A stretch of 64,000 nt of DNA, taken from contig OZ024740.1 of assembly GCA_964016885.1 (NCBI GenBank), positions 160,704,001 to 160,768,000 of the forward strand, written 5' to 3'. How positions within the stretch are numbered: the stretch's first letter is position 1; each line of letters starts with the position of its first letter. A model generated the notes under the pieces. The model did no database searches, was not told the DNA's origin, and saw nothing but the letters and a program-made list of their open reading frames with translations. The DNA is from Eledone cirrhosa. Lineage: Eukaryota. This document shows, piece after piece, positions 1-15,309 of this stretch. The position numbers and the translations under genes were made by a program.

Positions 1-684
1 TTGGCTAACTCCTCTCCATATATTTCTGACTTCAAGACTAATTTAGAAACAATTATCACAAAGAACCTATAGATATGTTTTGCAGAACTGGTGAAATTGT
101 TTTAGTTAGAAGAAGAAGAGGAAAATGAAGATAAATGAAATATATCTTTAGAAAAAACAAATTTGTCATTTCTGTCTGTCTGTTGAAAAATAACAATATG
201 CCTTATGGCACTTTTAAAGAACGTGGACAAAAAAGAATTGGATTTTCAATAATGTTGCTAAAGTGTAATATTCACTATGGCGGAATTTAATAGAGTTACC
301 AGAGAAATAAGAATACATTTTTAATGGAATCTGTCTGCTGCAGCATATCTTGGTTAAGTGTACTGTGTGTGTAGTGGCCACAGTTGAAATAGCTTGCTTT
401 AACCAGATTCAGGCAAATTTTGGCATCAGTATTATTGAATTACAGAACTGCAAAATAAACCGATTCCAATCTAAAATTAATGAGTGTTCTTTCGTTATTT
501 GTTGTTGTTTTGTATTTTGTGTGTGTGCCTTGATGTTGTTTTGTGGGTTGAAATATTTTTTTTTTACAGTTCACCATTTAAATATATATATAGCCGTATT
601 CATGTGATTTAGTTTTCGTGTGCATATACTCGTGTACATTTCATCTATCTATCTATCTAGCTACCTCTCTCTTTCTCCCTCTCA

Positions 685-717
<33 letters not shown>

Positions 718-841
718 CACACATTCATACAAATGCATATATATTTACATATATGTACATGCTCACATAGATGTATATATACTTATACACATGTATTCAT
801 AGTCATTTTCATACACTGAAACATTATACACATGCATATGC

Positions 842-873
<32 letters not shown>

Positions 874-2031
874 ACACAATTTATGCATTTGTTTATGTGT
901 GTGTGTGATATTTCAAAAATAGTATACTTTCTCGCATTTTCCAAAACACAATTTCAGAATAGCTCAGTTGTTAATAGCCTTTGTGCATTTGTATTAATGA
1001 TACAGTGGCCTATGAATAGAATTTGTTGCCACTTTAATGGTGTGTATAGAAGTTTAGCCGACTGTATATAAACTTTCAAGTATATACATGTGTAATAGAG
1101 ATGGGAGGATAGAGATGGGGAAAAAGAAAAATGGGAGGAGAGATAGATGGGACAGAGAGATTAGACAGATACCAAAAGCAAAAAATGATTTGATTGTATG
1201 TAATGTCTATTGCATAATACCAATCAGCTTTTCTCAAGTAGATCTCTAACACACCTACTTCCTTGTCATCATCGCTACCAACATCACCACCAGTGAAGTC
1301 GTATGACATAGTGATAAGGGTGTTGGTCTTGTGGTTGTATGATAGTGGCTTTGGTTCCCAAATTGGATGGTGGGGCTCCAGTCCATTTTAAATAAAGCTT
1401 AGGTTTGGTGAAGACTAATGGCATCTGAGGGCCATAGAAGCAATAGATGAAGGTGCACTCAGTAAGGTGAGTACAGTGATGAAGAGTGTAGGTGGTAGTT
1501 CACCACTGTTCAATTCTTAGTCTATTTCTGTTTATCATTGTTCTTCATACCATAATAGAGGATTTCCTGTATGCTGATGACATAATTCTTATAGCTGAAT
1601 CTGGGGAAGAGTTTGAAGCAATATTCTAATAGATCTAGAATCTAAAAGCTGAAAATGAATAACACCAGTTCCCAAAAATTAACCTTGTGACAGACTAGTG
1701 TCTCATCCAAACCAAAAGTGACTGTTGTACTCTCAGGTGCTTAATATCACATAAAACTGGGATAAGTTCTAGACTTTGTCCAATACTCGATTGCATGGAA
1801 AATTGGATAGAAAATATCATCATCTCTAAGCCCACTTTTTTATGTTGGCAAGGGTCAGTTATTTTTCTATATGGATTGTCTTCCTATCACCAACCTATAT
1901 TTTCATCTTTTAGTATGGCATTTACCACTCACAATCATTGAACTGGTCATCTACAGGATGTACATTTTCTGTAGGACATAAACAAATATCATCTCTTGCC
2001 TTAAATAGTGTCAATTAAAAGATGCACGGGG

Positions 2032-2033
<2 letters not shown>

Positions 2034-2098
<65 letters not shown>
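2034..2098. repeat. (CT)n(CA)n compound microsatellite
   Basis: Read directly. Confidence 0.95.
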
Positions 2099-2593
2099 GT
2101 TTGCTTCCTTACAGTTTCTATCTATTTAATTCTACTCCCATGACATTGGTCAGCCTGAGGCTACAGCTGAAGACACTTGCTTGAGTTACCACTTGATGAA
2201 GTGGTAACCGTGTAGCTGGGAAAAAAATTTATAACGACAAAGCTGTCTGAAACCGTAGCATATAAATAAATGAGAGAATATTTTAAGCAACACTCTCCAA
2301 AATTTACACCCTGGGTGTGCTATGGTTTTGTAATTGATATACATTCAATCTGCATTTTCTGGTGAGCAGTGTTTGATGTGGTTGGATATAGACTGGTAGA
2401 AATAGCATGTGTTATATTTACTATCCAGTCAGTTGTTGTTGTTAGTTAATTATCCTGTTCTTGTTAGTTTTCAGCTGCATTGGTTCTATATTGCAAAACT
2501 TTTTATTTTAAAGTGTTTATCTCTATCTAAAAATTTCCATCAGAATTTTATTTAAGAACTTTTGTTATGATCCAAACACAAACTTGATAATAA

Positions 2594-2782
2594 TTGTTTC
2601 TACTTTTGGCACAAGGCCAGCAATTATCCCAATGTATTACTGGGGCTTTATTTTATCGACCCCATAGGGATGAAAGGCAAAGTTAACCTCGGCGGGATTT
2701 CAAATCAGACCATTAAGGGCCGTAACTCTTTTCTGTAAAGCATGGCGTCAGACCCTCTACCGATACTGCCAATCTTCCGCCT
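2594..2782 (-). mobile_element. SINE family 1
   Basis: Reverse complement of the family; TSD cttgataataat. Confidence 0.8.
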
Positions 2783-4092
2783 TGATAATAATAATGTTAG
2801 TTATAATACTAAATATCTCCAAATTCTTGATTTTCATTAAAAATATAGTAATAAAAGGGTTAATGGTAGGAATCCTAGTCTTATGTCACAGTAGGTAGGA
2901 TTTGAAGTCAAAACATAAAGCGTCAGAATCGATACCACAAACAGCTCATTCAATGCTCTAACCATTCTGCAATGTCTATCACCCTGGTACCATCCTCTTC
3001 TTAACAACACCAAAATAATGACACTGTGGGACTTGAATTCAGAGCACAATGGGCTGGAATAAATACTGTAAGGTATTTAATCCAAAGCCACAATGAATCT
3101 GCTAATTTGCTACTAGTATCCAGTTGGGAGAATTATAATGGTTTAATCTAATTATGGGGTTAACTTGATCTTCCTGCATTTTCTTCTTATTTCCTTTAGT
3201 CTCCTGTATTTTTCTCTGTATATTACTTACATAAGCTGGTATAAACCAAGCAAATAATCTTTGCAATTTTTCCCCATCATACTATTTATTTCTTAAATAT
3301 GATCTATGGTAAAGTCGGTAAGACTGAAGGCATTTCTTTCTCTAAGTTTCCGAAAATCAAAGAGCTTTTATTTATTTCATCTTTTAGGGTCGTGTATTGT
3401 AAATCTTGTCATGCATATGACAATCCTATCTTTTTTGGATCACAAGTATATTCTGTTCTAAATTTTATCTTTTATAAGCTCTTTTACTTCAATGTGAACT
3501 GCTGCAGAGCATATCTATAATTCTTTCCTTTCATTCCTGTGTTTTAAGTGTGTTCTTCATATTGGAGATAAATTTACCAGAAATGAAATACATTTTTGGA
3601 TTTCCTTTTATAATTAATGCAATAACCTGTTTTCTGTTGGTGATTCATGATGGTACAATTTAAAACGACAGTTCTATACTACAAAAATATATCTACTCTA
3701 TAGACATATATAGAATTATAGCCAACACTGTATCTATAGTCAGATATAAATACCTTGTTTTTGTATACTGGATGGTTGTAGAATTTCTGTTGTATTTTTG
3801 GATAAAATTAAAATCAAATCAGTATAAGTGAAGATTTATAATTCTAATAATAATATGATGATGATGATTGGGAGTATCAGTAGAGTGTTGGACAACATTT
3901 GTGGCCTAGAGTAAGAGCCCTTTACATTCTTGAGTTCAAATACTGCTAAGGTTAGCTTTGCCTTTTACCCTTACGGGGTCAGTAAAATAAAGTACCAGTA
4001 ATCATCCTTACAGTGTTAATTTAATCGAATTTCTGCTCCCTCAAAATTGTTGGCCTTGTGCCAAAATCAGAAACCATTATTAATTTTTCTGA

Positions 4093-4370
4093 GGGCGGTG
4101 GATTGGCAGTATCGGTAGAAGGTCGGACGCCATGCTTTCCAGCATAGTTACGTCCCTTTACGATCTGAGTTCAAATCCCGCCAAGGTTGACTTTGCCTTT
4201 CATCCTTACTGGGTCGATAAAATAAAGTACCAGTAATGCACTGCGTAATTGCTGGCCTTGTGCCTAAAGTAGAAACAATTATTTATCCTTTCATCCTTAC
4301 GGGGTCGATAAAATAAAGTACCAGTAATGCACTGGGTATTTGCTGGCCTTGTGCCTAAAGTAGAAACAAT
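4093..4370 (+). mobile_element. tRNA-derived SINE family 1 (duplicated 3' half)
   Basis: A-box-like tggcagtatcgg, B-box gagttcaaatccc, core gcctttcatccttacggggtcgataaa; TSD attattaatttttct. Confidence 0.85.
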
Positions 4371-4562
4371 TATTAATTTTTCTTTTCATTTTTCTATTAC
4401 AACACCTGGTGCACCTTTGTGTTTCTGTGGTGTGTGCAGTATTGTGTATTCTTATTTTTGCAGGGATTGGGGAAGTATTGACTCCCCTTGATTGTGTACA
4501 GCATCAGTCTTGTTTCATTATGGGCTTTAATACGTAGTTTCTTGCATTATTTTAGTATTTCT

Positions 4563-4730
4563 AAAGGGTCGGATGCCATGCTTTGCAGCAAAGAGTTATG
4601 GCCCTTTACGGTCTGAGTTGAAATCCCACCGAGCTTAACTTTGCCTTTCATCCTTACGGGGTCGATAAAATAAAGTACCAGTAATGCACTGAGATAATTG
4701 CTGGCCTTGTGCCAAAAGAAGAAACAATTA
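4563..4730 (+). mobile_element. SINE family 1 (5'-truncated)
   Basis: Family core; TSD attattttagt(a/g)tttct. Confidence 0.8.
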
Positions 4731-7700
4731 TTTTAGTGTTTCTTCCCTTGTGTACAGTATGTGTAATGTGTTGTGTTATTTTCTTAGGTATTAATAGTGA
4801 AGAATATATTTTTTGTGACTTATATTGTTTTATTTTATTAGATTCTTATTTTATGGAGTGTGTGATGTGTGTAAAAATTCTATATTTGAACTGTGCTATT
4901 GAATCGACAAAGTCTATCAGATCATTCTGGTGTTGATAGGGTTACAAGTTTTGGTTTTATATAGAGTCAATGTAGATACTATATATTAACTAAATAATTA
5001 ATTAAACTATTTGTTTATTTTATTTCACAACTGTTGAGCATAGGGTTGTTAGCAACATGTCTCCAGTATGCCAATTATTGGTTCACTTTATTACTGATTA
5101 AAAAAAAGTGACAAGGAAATATTTGTAACTTGGATTAGAACAAATATACCAAAACACACAACTTTTTACATCAGTGAAAGATATACTTGCATATAGATTG
5201 TGTGTGTGTGTGTAAACAACAGGCTTCCATATTCATATCTTCTTATTTTTATTCACGTAATACTAGTCAACAAATGGCTATGGTAGGGCCTCATAGTGGG
5301 AGCAAACTTGGAGCTAGGAGATTGCTAAGTAAACATTTTAAACACACACATGTCCCATGCAGAAATTTGATTTAGTTCTGTCTTTTAGCCAACTGAAATT
5401 CTTAAGAGACATGTTTTCACAAACGAAAGTCAACATGATGCCTTCAACAAAAACCTGCTTTGCAAGATATTGAATCAAAAAAAAAAAAAAAAACCTCCAT
5501 TGTTAAATTCGAACATGAATCAAAATTCAATTATACATTGAATGAAAATTCAATTCATCATTATCAACACTATCATCATCATTATCATCATCACCATTTC
5601 AATCATCAGCATGCCGACTCTCATTGCCAACAGCATTAACACTATCATCACATCTGCTTTCCTCTGCTGACGTTTTTGTTATTTTTTCTTACATATTTAG
5701 TCAGCAGGAAAAAGGTTGTGCTCATGACCCTTGCTACAGCCTCCGAGATAAGTGTGAAGAAAGGTGGGAGCTATTGTTAGACTGGACATCTGACTGAAAT
5801 ACCTGCAAAAAGAAGCTAATCAGGATGGAGGTTATGCAATTAACAGTATAAGATATCCACCTATGTAATTCCAGGACATGGTTAACTCCTAGCTGGTGTA
5901 CTGAGCAAATGTGAAATGAAATGCTTTACTTAATGTTACATGACACCTCATGGTGGGAGGATAGAACCCACAACTTTACAATCATGAGCCCAACACTCTA
6001 ACCACTAGATATGTCCAAAGCAATCCAAGGTCTAGGTACTAATGTTAAAAAAGGTGATGGATTAAATCTACCATGGATTAGAAAAGTAGGTTTTAACATA
6101 ATATTTCACTATTAATTGCAGACCTTATCATCTCTTCTGTGGTGATCCTACATCCAGAAATCAAACCATATCATTTCTTCCCATGTCTTCTTTGGTCTTC
6201 CTTAACCATTTTGATAACAAACTACCTGAATCCACCCTTAGTACAAAACTGTTTATTTTAAAGTATTGATAAATAACTTTGATCATAATTTTATGAAAGA
6301 ATGTCAAGAGATGTTCCAAATACCAGCTGAAAAATGAGAAAAATTCTTGTTTATTTTCAAAATTATTTGAAAATCACAGACAGTGTCTTTCCTGAGAAAT
6401 ATGGTAATGAAAGGGTTAATTATAAAACTGAACCCAAATTTAATCATGCAATGTAATGGGTATTTGAAGTAAAGCAAAGCATTTATCTTTCATTTCTTGT
6501 TTTAAAAAATGATATGTAAATATCAAGGCATCAAGTATGTATCCTATATCTAAAAGCTGAATATTAACTGTTTGAAATGTCATTACACATCATAAGTTTT
6601 CAAAGAAAATCTAACTTATTTTCTCTATGACATTTTCTTGTATTTCCTGTCTGCTAGATTTCCAATCTACCCCTGAAAACTAATCTCTTTCATCCCATAT
6701 GATAATATTTAAGAGAACATTTAAAAAATACTTCAACCATCACATACAATCAAGGATAATTTCCTAGAATGTACTATTCTTTCTTTAATGTTTTTATGTG
6801 ACTATGTAGTTGCAAATAAATACAGGCACCACACACTTGCCCCCTACCCTTGATCCAGCAGAATATACAAGATGTGACAGCTAGAAAGAGAGAAGGTCGC
6901 AACAGCTATGGGCTGGTATTTTCTGTATCATTCTTGAAAGGATGAAAGACAGAGTTGATCTCAGTGTGATTTGAACTTAGATTGCAGAGGCAACAAATAT
7001 TCAATGCTCCAACAACTTTGCTAATATATATATATATGTGTGTGCCTCTGTGTGTTTATATCTTACAATCTTTTCATTTGTTCCCCCACTCTTTCGGAAC
7101 AAATATTGCAATATGCTCTAATGATGCTATCACATTCAACTTTCTCAAACTATTAATATCATGTTTAGAGATGAAAAATGTTTTCATATTCATATTTACA
7201 ACAGTTTTCTTCTTCATCTAGCATGTCAGATGGCAGAGATATTCAGAGTTCAAATCCAACCAAAATCAACATTGAGTTGCTTATCAACCTTTTTAGTTGA
7301 TAAAGTAAGCAATTATCGTAGATGTTCCATTTTGATAAGTATGGATATGCTGAGAGTATGAGTGTGTATCTACTTGCAACTACACAGGCACTGAAAACCA
7401 TTAGCAATAGCATAGTACATGCTGATACCAAGTCGTCCTTGATTGCAAATGATAGCCATAGATCCTTAACCTTTATGTCTAAACTACAATTCTGATAGCC
7501 TATAGCACTGATGCATGTACAATTAATCACTGCTTCAGTTTGAATTGTTTAAATTCACTTTTCAGTAAGCACAGACATACTGGAGCTGAAAACTGAATTT
7601 AAATTATCTAAAAATAAAACATTAATTTTACATAAATCAGTACTCTAGTGGATAAAAGTGTTGCTATTCTTATATGTATATATATTCAACTATACACACA

Positions 7701-7765
7701 CATATATACACACGCATTCATACACACACATTACTGCTTATTATATATATATATATAATATATAG

Positions 7766-7952
7766 TGGTGGTAGATTGGCAGAATCGGTAGAGCGTCAGA
7801 CACCATGCTTTCCAGCATAGTTACGTCCCTTTACAGTCTGAGTTCAAATCCCGCCGAGGTTAACTTTGCCTTTCATCCTTATGGGGTCGATAAAATAAAG
7901 TACCAGTAATGTACTGGGTAATTGCTGGCCTTGTGCCTAAAGTAGAAACAAT
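7766..7952 (+). mobile_element. SINE family 1
   Basis: Family match, inserted in (TA)n. Confidence 0.85.
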
Positions 7953-7967
7953 TATATATATATAGGT

Positions 7968-8090
7968 GAAGGTGCGCGGCTGAGTGGTTAGAGAATTGGA
8001 TTCGCAATCGTGATGTTGTGAGTTCGATTCCTGGACCGGGTGATGCATTATGTCTTTGAGCAAGACACTTTATTTCATGTTGCTCCTTCT
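7968..8090 (+). mobile_element. tRNA-SINE head related to family 2
   Basis: ggctgagtggttagag..gagttcgattcc..gagcaagacactt. Confidence 0.7.
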
Positions 8091-8597
8091 ACCTGGAGTT
8101 GCGACCGATAGATAGTATTAGCAATTGGAAAGACCAACGGAAACATTGTTTCCTCGGTCCGATTTGACGAAAGTCGATCGACTCTCGATATATATATATA
8201 TATATCATATATAATAGTTGGCAAATTCGAAGAATTGTTAAAACATTAGAAAGAATGGTTTGTAGTATTTGGTCCAGCTTTCTATACTCTTGTGTTCAAA
8301 TCCTGTTTGAATCAACTTTGCATTTTCGCTTTTCAATGTTGAAAGTAGAGAAGTAAGAAAGAGATATCTCTTTCTTACTTCTCTACGCTCTCTCTTCTAC
8401 CATCTCTCCCTCATGCACACATCCACATACAGAAATCAGTTATAATCAGATCTGGGGAGGAAGAGATTCTGCCAGGTTTATATTGCCCAAGACACACTGT
8501 CTATCATGACAGTTCCTTTTAAACTCTCCATAATGAGTTACTGGTACATGACGTGGCATATATTATCATCATCATTCAACATCCATTTTCCCTGTTG

Positions 8598-8633
<36 letters not shown>

Positions 8634-8926
8634 TACGCACACATATATATGCACACACTCATACAATTATAATATTTATATGTTCTCTGCCCTCTTTAAT
8701 ACATACTTAAGGTTTCCCCTTCAACATTGAAGTATCATAATTTTCACAGACGGCAAAAGAGGGAACATTGATTTCCCTCTTTAATCTCAACTGTATTCCA
8801 ATTAAAACTCTAAAATATGGATTTATTTATATTTAATATTAATTTAATATTTCTTTTATACATATATATATAAAATGTATACATATAACCCATGGTAGCG
8901 TGGAAGATGGACGTTAAACAAAGATG

Positions 8927-9000
<74 letters not shown>

Positions 9001-10189
9001 GTGTATCTATATATATATATATAATGTGTGTATATATATATATATATTATTTACTTTTCTTTATCTTATTTGATTTGATTTGAATTCTTTTATATTTTAT
9101 TTCAATTTATCCTGTTTCAAATAACCTCACCCCTCCACCTGTTTTGTTTTTTTTTTGTTTTTTGTCTGTTTTCTCTCTATGTTACAAGTTGCTCTTGGAT
9201 AATTTTCTCTAACTTAATTTTCAAACTTCAAGGAGGCAAACATTTCGCAGCTATAACATTGAACCTGGAAATGATAATTACATTTCCGAGAAAATTGGAT
9301 TAAGTTTTAGAAAAGCAGTATAATAAAGATGATAATAATAATAATAGTAATGATAATAAATAAATTATATCATTTTCAGATGCCCAAATGTATTTAGAAA
9401 TGATATATTGCTGGCATTTAGTTTCACTGAATACGTTGGAATTGCTTTTGGTGAATTTATATGATATATTATAAGTGAAAATATTTCAATGAGTTTAATG
9501 TGTAAATATTAGACATTGTTATTTGTTATCTGAAGTTATCTGAAGTTTACTAGAACTAGTAGAAGGAATCTGAAGCCAAAAGTCTTGTTGAATAAACAGT
9601 GATGGATTTCTTTGAGAAATCATTGAATATTGTTTTTGAAGGTTAAGGACAAAGAGTTATATGAACAGCATTTTCCAATGTATTCTTGGCTCATCATTTT
9701 AGCACAGCTAGTTACTGATCACTCCATTAAGTCTTTTGATTACAACCTGGCTGAAACTGCCTCTGGTTCTACAATACAAAACTTTTTTTTTATTTTTAAA
9801 GGTTTATCCATAAAAAAACCTACCATAATTATTTCATGTAAAACTCTTTATGTACCAAACACCAACTTAATAATGAGAAAGTTTGTTGTGTTCCTAAGTC
9901 CCTCTAAATTCTTCATTATTTTAAAAATCATATGCAGTTCCTTACAATAAAAACATAGTAATAAACAGGTTAACTATATTTTGGTGTCCGTCATTTCTGT
10001 TTACCATAGGGATTTATGTTATAGGAAGCACAAAGGAATATTGCCTTGAAATAGTTTCTCCTTCAGGTTTAAATAAACATTTCTTCTCTTCTGTCTCCTC
10101 TTCCTAATTCCAATTCACCTCACCTGTTATATTATAAGTGCATTTTTTTGCATGTTTTTAATAGGATGTTTTCCACTGTGTCTGTGTCT

Positions 10190-10500
10190 GTGGCTCTACC
10201 TGACTCTCTGAGCCACAGACACACACACTACTTCTCCGAATTGAGAGATAATAGCTCCAATACTACAGGCATGGGGCTAGAATGTCTCAGGAAAGAATTG
10301 CTGGACAGATTTTATGGGCGAAATCAACAGGTAGGAGACCCAGGGGGTAGACCCTGAGCAAGATATTTGGATAACATCCACGAGCTTGGCTGATCACGCT
10401 TGGGGATTCAGCCGGATCAGTTGGAGACGGTTGCTTCTGAGAGGAACCACTGGAGGGAGTGTTTGAAGACTCTGCCCCCATGACCCTCTCAGGAATAAGT
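10190..10500 (+). mobile_element. Decayed RTE 3' fragment related to 12550-12790
   Basis: Shared segments attgagagat..agctcc..agaatgtctcagga and ggttgcttctga. Confidence 0.6.
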
Positions 10501-11309
10501 GAGCATGCTGTTTTCAAACCAGCCAGAAGCACAGCTTTTTGCATGTACACTTGTCTATGTGTATATGTGCATGCATCTTCTTGTATGTGAGTTTGTATAT
10601 GTGTGGGTGTCCATGTTTCTACTAGTTATATGCATATGTGTATGTGGCCATATCTTTACTTTATAAATGTGTGCATGCCTGTGAATGTGCGAGTCTCCCT
10701 TCTCCATGCTACTGAAATTGTCCAAGGGAAAAGTAAAGACAGATACAGTTTGACGCCAGTAATGTCACAGCTATTTTGTTCCAGCTGAGTGGACTAAAGC
10801 ATTGTAAAATACAGTGCCATACACACTGATACAACATACCACCCAGTCTGGGAATCAAACTGACAACCTCATGATTATGAGCGCAAAAGTCTAATCACTA
10901 AGCCACGTGCCTTCACAGTGATTAATGGATATAATGAATAACTTCAATTATTTTAATAAGAAAATTAATGATGAAGATGATAAGTATAATGGTGTTGAAG
11001 AATGAAGGAACCATAATTTTTACATTATTAAGGAGCATTAATAAATCTAGCACAATTTGTCTCTCACTCCCAATCTTCTCTCTCACACATGTGTACAAAC
11101 GCACACACAATTTTTATAACAAAATCTTATATGCTACAAGTTCATTTCACTATTTTTATGGTTCTTTATATATATGCATTAGACTGTGTGTTTAAAATAC
11201 TATTGTATTTAAAACATTCAAACATTAACTGATTGAGAATTGAATACTTATGAGCAGAGTATAAATTTTAATTTTCAAATTGTGAAATGGAAGTGACTTT
11301 GAAGTTTAA

Positions 11310-11538
11310 CCCTTTAGCATTTACATTATTCTATATATACTATTGTATTTTCTCAGTAAACACTCTATTTCACACAATTATCAGATGTAATATGGAATCT
11401 ACGATTAATCTATGATTAATCTATTATTTATTTTGAGAATAATACCTTAACATAAGTATGAGCAGCCAGTTATGGCCGGTTTGAACAAAGAGATGAGAGA
11501 ATTCTGGCCGGATACAGCTAGTTTTAAATGCTAAATGG
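11310..11538. mobile_element. TTAA-flanked MITE (piggyBac-like)
   Basis: TTAA-ccctttagcattta ... taaatgctaaatgg-TTAA. Confidence 0.7.
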
Positions 11539-12329
11539 TTAAACTTGGTCTCTTAATCAGACTGCATCATGTGATGGAATTGAAGTTCTTTAAATAAGTT
11601 TATATAGGTCATATTAGTAGTGGGAGGGTTGTGCATTGTATGATAACAAATTTCACAATATTTCAAAAGATTGGCTCACAGACATAATTTAATTTTAGAT
11701 ACCATGATTTTATTGAAATCCTTCAGAGTTGAAGCAAAATTATTTCTCTGCAAGCTTCGCTTTAATAAACAAATACATACATTTATCAGTATGGTAGGTG
11801 ATAATGTGTTGGGATCATGAACGTATGATAGGGTGTTTGATTTGTAGACCAAGCCACATTGCATCTTTGAGCAAGGCACTTCATTTCACATTACTCTAGT
11901 CAGCTAAGCTGAAGAAATGAGAGCTTGGAGTAACTGCAAGGGGGTGGTGTAACCTTACAACAGACTGACCTCCTACTGAGCAGCTGTCTTTTAGTTTCAG
12001 TTGTTTAACAGCCCATAGAACTTGGATAAGCACTGGCATGATGTGCTTCTAAGCTCAAGAAAACCTTGAAAAATGCCTAGGGGAATTTAGTTATATCCCT
12101 TTGTACCCAAGTTAACATTTATCCTTATCTTTCCAAAGTTGATACATTGTTTACTAGTCAAAGTACTAATGCATACACTTAAAACTCATATAGGTGGTAT
12201 CCTACCCCAGTCTGGCTATAGTCCAATGTTTAAAATCAGTCAACGAATACAAAAATTCTATGAAGAGTTAAGTAGATGTGAGATCTTGTTTTGGTACTGT
12301 GCTGTTCTATTAAAGTTATTTTTCTCTGA

Positions 12330-12790
12330 AACCTTTTGATGCAAATCAGAAGGGAGATTGTTGTAAAAGCCAAACTTGCTACCTTCAATTCAGTATTTGT
12401 GCCAACTCTTACTTTAGGTTATGAATCTTGTGTAATGACCAAAAGAATAAAAGCAGCTGAAATGGGGTTCTTTCAAAGGGTCTGTAGAGTAGTGTTCCTT
12501 AATGAGGTACATAGCTTGGAGATCAGAGAGTCACTCCTGGTAGAGCTGCTACTTCTCCAGATTGAGAGATCACAGCTCCGATACTATGGGTATGTGGTTA
12601 GAATATCTCAGGAAAGATTCACTGGACAGATTTTACTGGCAAAAACAACCGGCAGGAGATTCAGGATAGCCCTCAAGCAAGACGGTTGAATATCATTCAT
12701 GAGCTCGGCTAGTCTCACTTGTGGATCTAGCCAGATTAGCTGGAAATGGATGCTTCTGACAGGACTTGCTGGTTGGAGTATTTGAGGAAT
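12330..12790 (+). mobile_element. Decayed RTE 3' fragment
   Basis: KAKLATFNSVFVPTLTLGYESCVMT..AEMGF..SQLRYYGYVVR. Confidence 0.75.
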
Positions 12791-14548
12791 AAGTGGTCGA
12801 AGTGGAAGAAGCAGCAGCTGCTTCTAAATGCTTGATTATTAAAAAAACAAACTGAAAAACATGAAGAATGTACTTCATTAGAAATATTGTCACAGAAGAG
12901 TTAAATATGCTTAAAATCTTAGTCACTATCTATGTAGATATTTGTACTGCTGGAAATAGCAGCCAAATACCATTTTTCCATCTTGAAGGAACAGAAAATA
13001 TACATAGAATAATGTAGTTCTATACACTATGCCTGCATATAAGATAGAATACCATTGACCATAGCTGGAGTTAAACAAAGATCACGAGGCAAGACACTAA
13101 TATCACTAATATTATCTTCCTCATCCTCTTGCTCATCATGATCTAATACAGCAGTATATGAGTGGTACATTAGCTGTTAGAAATAGTAGTATAGTATCTA
13201 TTGAAAACCACACACTAATATGTTCACAAGAGAAGGACACAGTGGAATGTATAATTTAGTCTTAGATCATCACCATCACCATCATCACCGTTTAACGTCC
13301 ATTTTCCAAATTTGCATGGGTTAGATAGGTTGTTCATGTTGAGAGAGAAGACAGACCAGAATTGGCCATGCCATACCTTGCTCCGATGGAACTGTAAATT
13401 TGGCTGAGGTTTTTACAGCTGAATGCCCTTCCTAACACCAACCACATTTACAGTGTGGAACTGGATGGCACTGTTATGAGGAGGGTCAAGCCAGTTGGCC
13501 ACTCTAAACCCATTTCAAACCAGAACCATAATTTTGGAGCCTGGAACTGGAGGGCACCACTATGAGGAGGGACCAGCCAGTTGGATATATAGATCTACTG
13601 AACTAGGTCTGTCCTAGGGCTAAACAATAATGATTATCATTATCATAACCATCATCAACATGATCATCAAACAATATTCATTTTGTACATTTGTGGAAGG
13701 CTTACATATTTTAGTTATAAAGGGCTCAGTCTAGTACATTGACCCCAGTAGTTGACTGGTACTTTATTTTACTGATGCTGGAAACATGAAAAACATAGGT
13801 GACATCTGCAGAATTTGAATTCAAGATGTACAGAGTGATAGATACATAGTGCAAGGCACCTTGTCTAGCATTCTACCCATTTTGTGAAGCCCTCAATTAT
13901 GTACTATAAACTTCAACACAGCTGCCTTCCTCACCACATTTCAGTGTAATCTTTCCCACCGCAATGATGACAGCAGCTGTCATCATTGTTATCATTATCA
14001 TCCACATCAATATCATGACCATCCTTAGTGTTATCATCATTGCCAATACCACTATCACCACCAACACCACTTCTACCACCATCATTAGTACCCCATGACT
14101 GCCCTCACCTTCATCTTCACCACTACCACTACCATTGCCATCACAAGCCCCACTGATGTTATCATCATTACCACCATTTATTATCCTTATCACTACTTTC
14201 CCTGCCATCACTATTATTAGCAGTAGCAGTAGTGACAGCAGCAAAAACAATAGCAGGTGTTCAGGAATGTATCTACCTATAATTAACACTATAAAATTCA
14301 GCATGAATAATAGAGGAGAATTGAAAACAGAACACACTACAAAGCGGTGGGGAGATAGATACATAAATATATATAATATATATACACACACACATATATA
14401 TATACACACATATATATATACACACATATATATATACACACATATATATATACACACACATATATATATACACACACATATATATGTATATAAGAACATA
14501 TATATTTACACATATATATATATATACACACACACACATATATGTGTG

Positions 14549-14588
<40 letters not shown>

Positions 14589-14803
14589 TAGAGAAAGGCA
14601 GATGATAACAAATTGGTGTTCAAGAATGAAGAAACTATATAATTCTTGCATTGTTGAATATTAATAGATCTAGCAATGTATTGCTTATACTGGTTTCTCT
14701 CTCTCTTCATCTTTCTTTCTCTCCATCTCTTGCACACACACATACATATGCACTCACATATACACTCTCTCTTTCCCAAAATATAGATAGCATAAATTCT
14801 ATT

Positions 14804-14880
14804 CAGGGTGTCCCCAATATATGTAGACACATTTATTAGAATGCTATTGAAGTGTGTATACATGTTTTGGGGACACCATG
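14804..14880. mobile_element. Tiny Tc1/mariner-type MITE
   Basis: cagggtgtccccaa ... ttggggacaccatg followed by TA. Confidence 0.65.
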
Positions 14881-15309
14881 TATATATTCTGAAAGTACAC
14901 TAGTTTATTGTAAGCTGCTACAATGCAGATATTACTATAAAATATTTAACCAAGTTGGTCCTACAAGCCTCTAATACAGTCATCTAGCACACATCAGATA
15001 CAAGTTCAATTCCCACAGGTATTACAGACCACTTTTCTGTCTATGTCCAACTTTTTCAACTCTTTTATAGTCAAATTTGCATTGTTACAGCTTGTAATAA
15101 GCTGACACCATTAATAATACATGAATTTTCCCTGCTGGCAGGGGTTGGGCAGGAACCTCTTTAGATAGATGTCCTTCCTGATACCAATACTTAATTGTTT
15201 TATTTCTATATAGTATCGTTCAGATTTTTCTAATCTAACTGCTGAGCTGTAAGATCAATTGATGGGCCAGAGGGCCCCTTCTTTTGGGCCCTGAATCAGC
15301 TGCAATATT

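Noticed and set aside
1555-1660. LYADD-like RT snippet
   Set aside because: Probably a tiny RTE relic, but too short and decayed to delimit
9370-9455. Possible additional host exon after ttttcag
   Set aside because: No GT7 similarity in the frames I read; unsupported
13897-14863. ORFs of 100-200 aa (also 23371-23734, 36190-36636, 44058-44777, 58979-59480)
   Set aside because: These are translations of microsatellite or low-complexity DNA with no recognisable domain
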